Shown: positions 61,879-64,000 of the stretch, in pieces
Numbering within the stretch: position 1 is the stretch's first letter
Layout of the letters: each line of letters opens with the position of its first letter
Source: an uncultured Nitrososphaerota archaeon
GTDB taxonomy: Archaea > Thermoproteota > Nitrososphaeria > Nitrososphaerales > CADDZS01
DNA: 64,000 bases
Direction: 5' to 3'
NCBI GenBank assembly: GCA_963799845.1
Contig: CAWCYI010000006.1
Coordinates: 800,001-864,000, forward strand
Translations under genes and position numbers: made by a program
The notes under the pieces: model-generated
The model's database searches: none
The model's input: the letters and a program-made list of their open reading frames with translations, nothing else
Told to the model about the DNA's origin: nothing

Positions 61879-62814
61879 ATGAAGACTAGAATCTTCTTCG
61901 CAACCGACATCCACGGTTCAGACAAGTGCTGGATCAAATTCATCAACGCTGCAGAATATTACAAAGCGAACATCCTCGTGTTGGGAGGCGATCTAACTTC
62001 GAAGGGTTTCATCGCGTTGTTGAAACAACCGGATGGATCTTACAGGACAAACTTTCGGGGAATAGACTACCAAATGAAAAGCGAGGAAGAAGTAGTTGAA
62101 ACAGAGAAAAAGATCAGGACAGGTGGATTCTATCCGTTCAGGACTACCTCTCAAGAGGTCGTTGAATACGAGTCGGCGGAGAAGACAAGGCAACTCATGA
62201 TAGAGTTGGCAAAGGAGTCTCTTAGGCGATGGATGAATATTGCAGAAAAGAAACTCTCTGGCAAAAACATTCCGTTCTATTTAACCGGCGGGAATGATGA
62301 TGAGTTCGAAATAGATGATATCCTTCGTAGTTCAAAGATAGTGCAGTATGTGGAAGGGAAAGTGGTTAACATCGATGGTGAACATGAGATGATAAGCACC
62401 GGGTTGGGCAACAAGACACCATGGAGTTGCCCGAGAGATGTTACGGAAGAAGAACTCGAGTCTGTTATAGTGAAGATGGCTGACCAGGTGAAAAACATGC
62501 GTACCTGTATATTCAACATTCACGTTCCGCCGTATGGTACACGCCTTGATGATGCACCGGAGCTTGACAAAACCATGAGAATGTCATCAGCGAACATGGT
62601 CCCGGTGGGAAGTACGGGAGTTAGACGGACCATAGAAAGATACCAGCCGATGCTCACGCTGCACGGCCACATACACGAATCTAAGGGAAGTTACAAGCTT
62701 GGAAAGACACTCTGCATTAATCCCGGGAGTGCGTATGCGGACGGAGTGCTCCAGGGTGTATTGGTTGATATCGATGGGCCGACGGTAAAGAGGTTCATTC
62801 CTGTCAGCGGTTAG
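61879..62814 (+). CDS. Icc-related metallophosphoesterase
   Basis: ATDIHGS, GGDLTSK, GGNDD, HVPPY, HGHIHES, INPGS. Confidence 0.93.
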   Translation: MKTRIFFATDIHGSDKCWIKFINAAEYYKANILVLGGDLTSKGFIALLKQPDGSYRTNFRGIDYQMKSEEEVVETEKKIRTGGFYPFRTTSQEVVEYESAEKTRQLMIELAKESLRRWMNIAEKKLSGKNIPFYLTGGNDDEFEIDDILRSSKIVQYVEGKVVNIDGEHEMISTGLGNKTPWSCPRDVTEEELESVIVKMADQVKNMRTCIFNIHVPPYGTRLDDAPELDKTMRMSSANMVPVGSTGVRRTIERYQPMLTLHGHIHESKGSYKLGKTLCINPGSAYADGVLQGVLVDIDGPTVKRFIPVSG

Positions 62815-62873
62815 TTTGAATGTCTAAGGCAAATTTCAAAAGCATTAGTGCAATTTCGCAAAGCTGTTAGACA

Positions 62874-63299
62874 ATGATTCGGTCGAGTAAGATATCAAAC
62901 AAAGAAATTGATGTTGCGGTTGCAGCTTGTAAAAAGAAGTCGACGGAAATCGGAATGCCGATGGATATTGCAGTCTGTGACGACGGAGGGAACCTTCTAC
63001 ATTTCGAAAGGATGGATGGAGCGATCGTCGGCGGGATAAACCTCGCGATTGACAAAGCGTACACCGCAGCAATTTTTGGAATAAGGACTGAAGAATTAGG
63101 TCGTACTGCGGTTCCAGGAGGTCCGGATTTTGGAATAAGCTCATCGGATCGCGGCAGAATAATAATCTACGGAGGGGGCGTACCGATCATCATCGAAAAT
63201 AATATCCTGGGCGCAGTCGGATGCAGCTCTGGCGGAACATCGGATCAAGATTCGGCAGTTGCGAGTACGGGAGTGGACGCCCTCAAAAAGAATCTATAG
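62874..63299 (+). CDS. GlcG/HbpS (DUF336) heme-binding protein
   Basis: IAVCDDGGNLLHFERMDGA, AIDKAYTA, GGGVPI, GAVGCS, DQD..VA. Confidence 0.92.
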   Translation: MIRSSKISNKEIDVAVAACKKKSTEIGMPMDIAVCDDGGNLLHFERMDGAIVGGINLAIDKAYTAAIFGIRTEELGRTAVPGGPDFGISSSDRGRIIIYGGGVPIIIENNILGAVGCSSGGTSDQDSAVASTGVDALKKNL

Positions 63300-63301
63300 A
63301 T

Positions 63302-64000
63302 CTAATGCATGACTAGTCCGCCAGTGGGACAAATATTCTGGCCCGTGATGAACGAAGATTGATCTGAAACAAGGAAAAGAGCAACATTCGCAATGTCTTC
63401 CGGTTCGGCGATTCGCCCCAGTGGAGTCTTGCTGACCAGTCCATCAATATACTCACGGGATAGACGTTCGAAAACCCGAGTTCTTACAATGCCAGGCGAA
63501 ATAGAGTTCACGTTGATGCCAAAGGATCCAACCTCTCTCGCGATGGCTTTCGTAAAGGCTATCACCCCTGCCTTGCACGCGGCGTAAACTGCCAGCTTAT
63601 CTCCGCCATCCGCTGAATCTCCCATTCCGGTCGTTGAACCAAGATTGATGATCCTCCCGTACTTTCTATCCATCATTAGAGGAAGTGTATGCTTAACGCA
63701 ATTGAACATCGAGTACAAATTGCCATTTACCGTAATATCCCATGATTTCTTTTCAGTTCTTGCGAATTCAACGCCTCCCACTCCATAACTTCCTCCGGCA
63801 TTGTTAACCAGGATATCGATCTTACCGAATTCCTTCTCTGTTTTCTGGATCAACTCTCCTGCAAAATCATAGTCTGATACATCGCCGCGAAAGGTCAAGA
63901 TTTTAGATTCTTCCAACTTCATCGACTTTGCTCCCTCCTTGAAGGAAAGTAATCTGTCTTCGTAAAGATCGGCTAGTGAGACACTCGCACCAGCGTGGAG
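63302..64000 (-). CDS. Short-chain dehydrogenase/reductase (FabG-like); 5' end beyond the window
   Basis: Frame open to base 64000; IDILVNNAG, YAACKAG, NSISPG, PLGR..EPEDIA. Confidence 0.92.
   Translation of the reverse strand, partial: LHAGASVSLADLYEDRLLSFKEGAKSMKLEESKILTFRGDVSDYDFAGELIQKTEKEFGKIDILVNNAGGSYGVGGVEFARTEKKSWDITVNGNLYSMFNCVKHTLPLMMDRKYGRIINLGSTTGMGDSADGGDKLAVYAACKAGVIAFTKAIAREVGSFGINVNSISPGIVRTRVFERLSREYIDGLVSKTPLGRIAEPEDIANVALFLVSDQSSFITGQNICPTGGLVMH

Noticed and set aside
1-64000. tRNA, rRNA, integrase or provirus genes
   Set aside because: None recognised; a tRNAscan-SE/Infernal run would be needed to exclude intron-containing tRNAs.

Overview
This is archaeal DNA, most consistent with a non-ammonia-oxidising Nitrososphaerota (Thaumarchaeota) genome. 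The inference rests on the thermosome, aIF2-beta, TFB, single-TRAM proteins, a DUF3227/NitrOD5-like protein and acid-type secreted proteins. Bases 1-31 kb are mostly housekeeping, surface and metabolic genes plus one clean tnpB-only IS200/IS605 element. Bases 31-52 kb are a decaying accessory region with toxin-antitoxin modules, gene remnants and a transposon pile-up (an ISH3 inserted in the right-end hairpin of a tnpB element, next to an IS630). Bases 52-64 kb encode secreted peptidase, transport and amidohydrolase genes. No rRNA, tRNA or CRISPR array was seen. The best candidate for an undescribed system is a DIP1984-family coiled-coil gene (41101-40628, -) followed directly by a ~360-420 nt non-coding region with many base-paired stems, a putative protein + structured-RNA module between two TA loci. 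Also notable are two paralogous 47-49 aa zinc-knuckle/Arg-tail microproteins missing from the ORF track, each beside a TRAM gene; a half-size DOHH-like HEAT protein; two copies of an element with AGCT motifs phased every ~10 bp; and single-base frameshifts clustering at AGCT sites, probably a methylation footprint in long-read data. All family assignments come from motif recognition by eye, not database searches.
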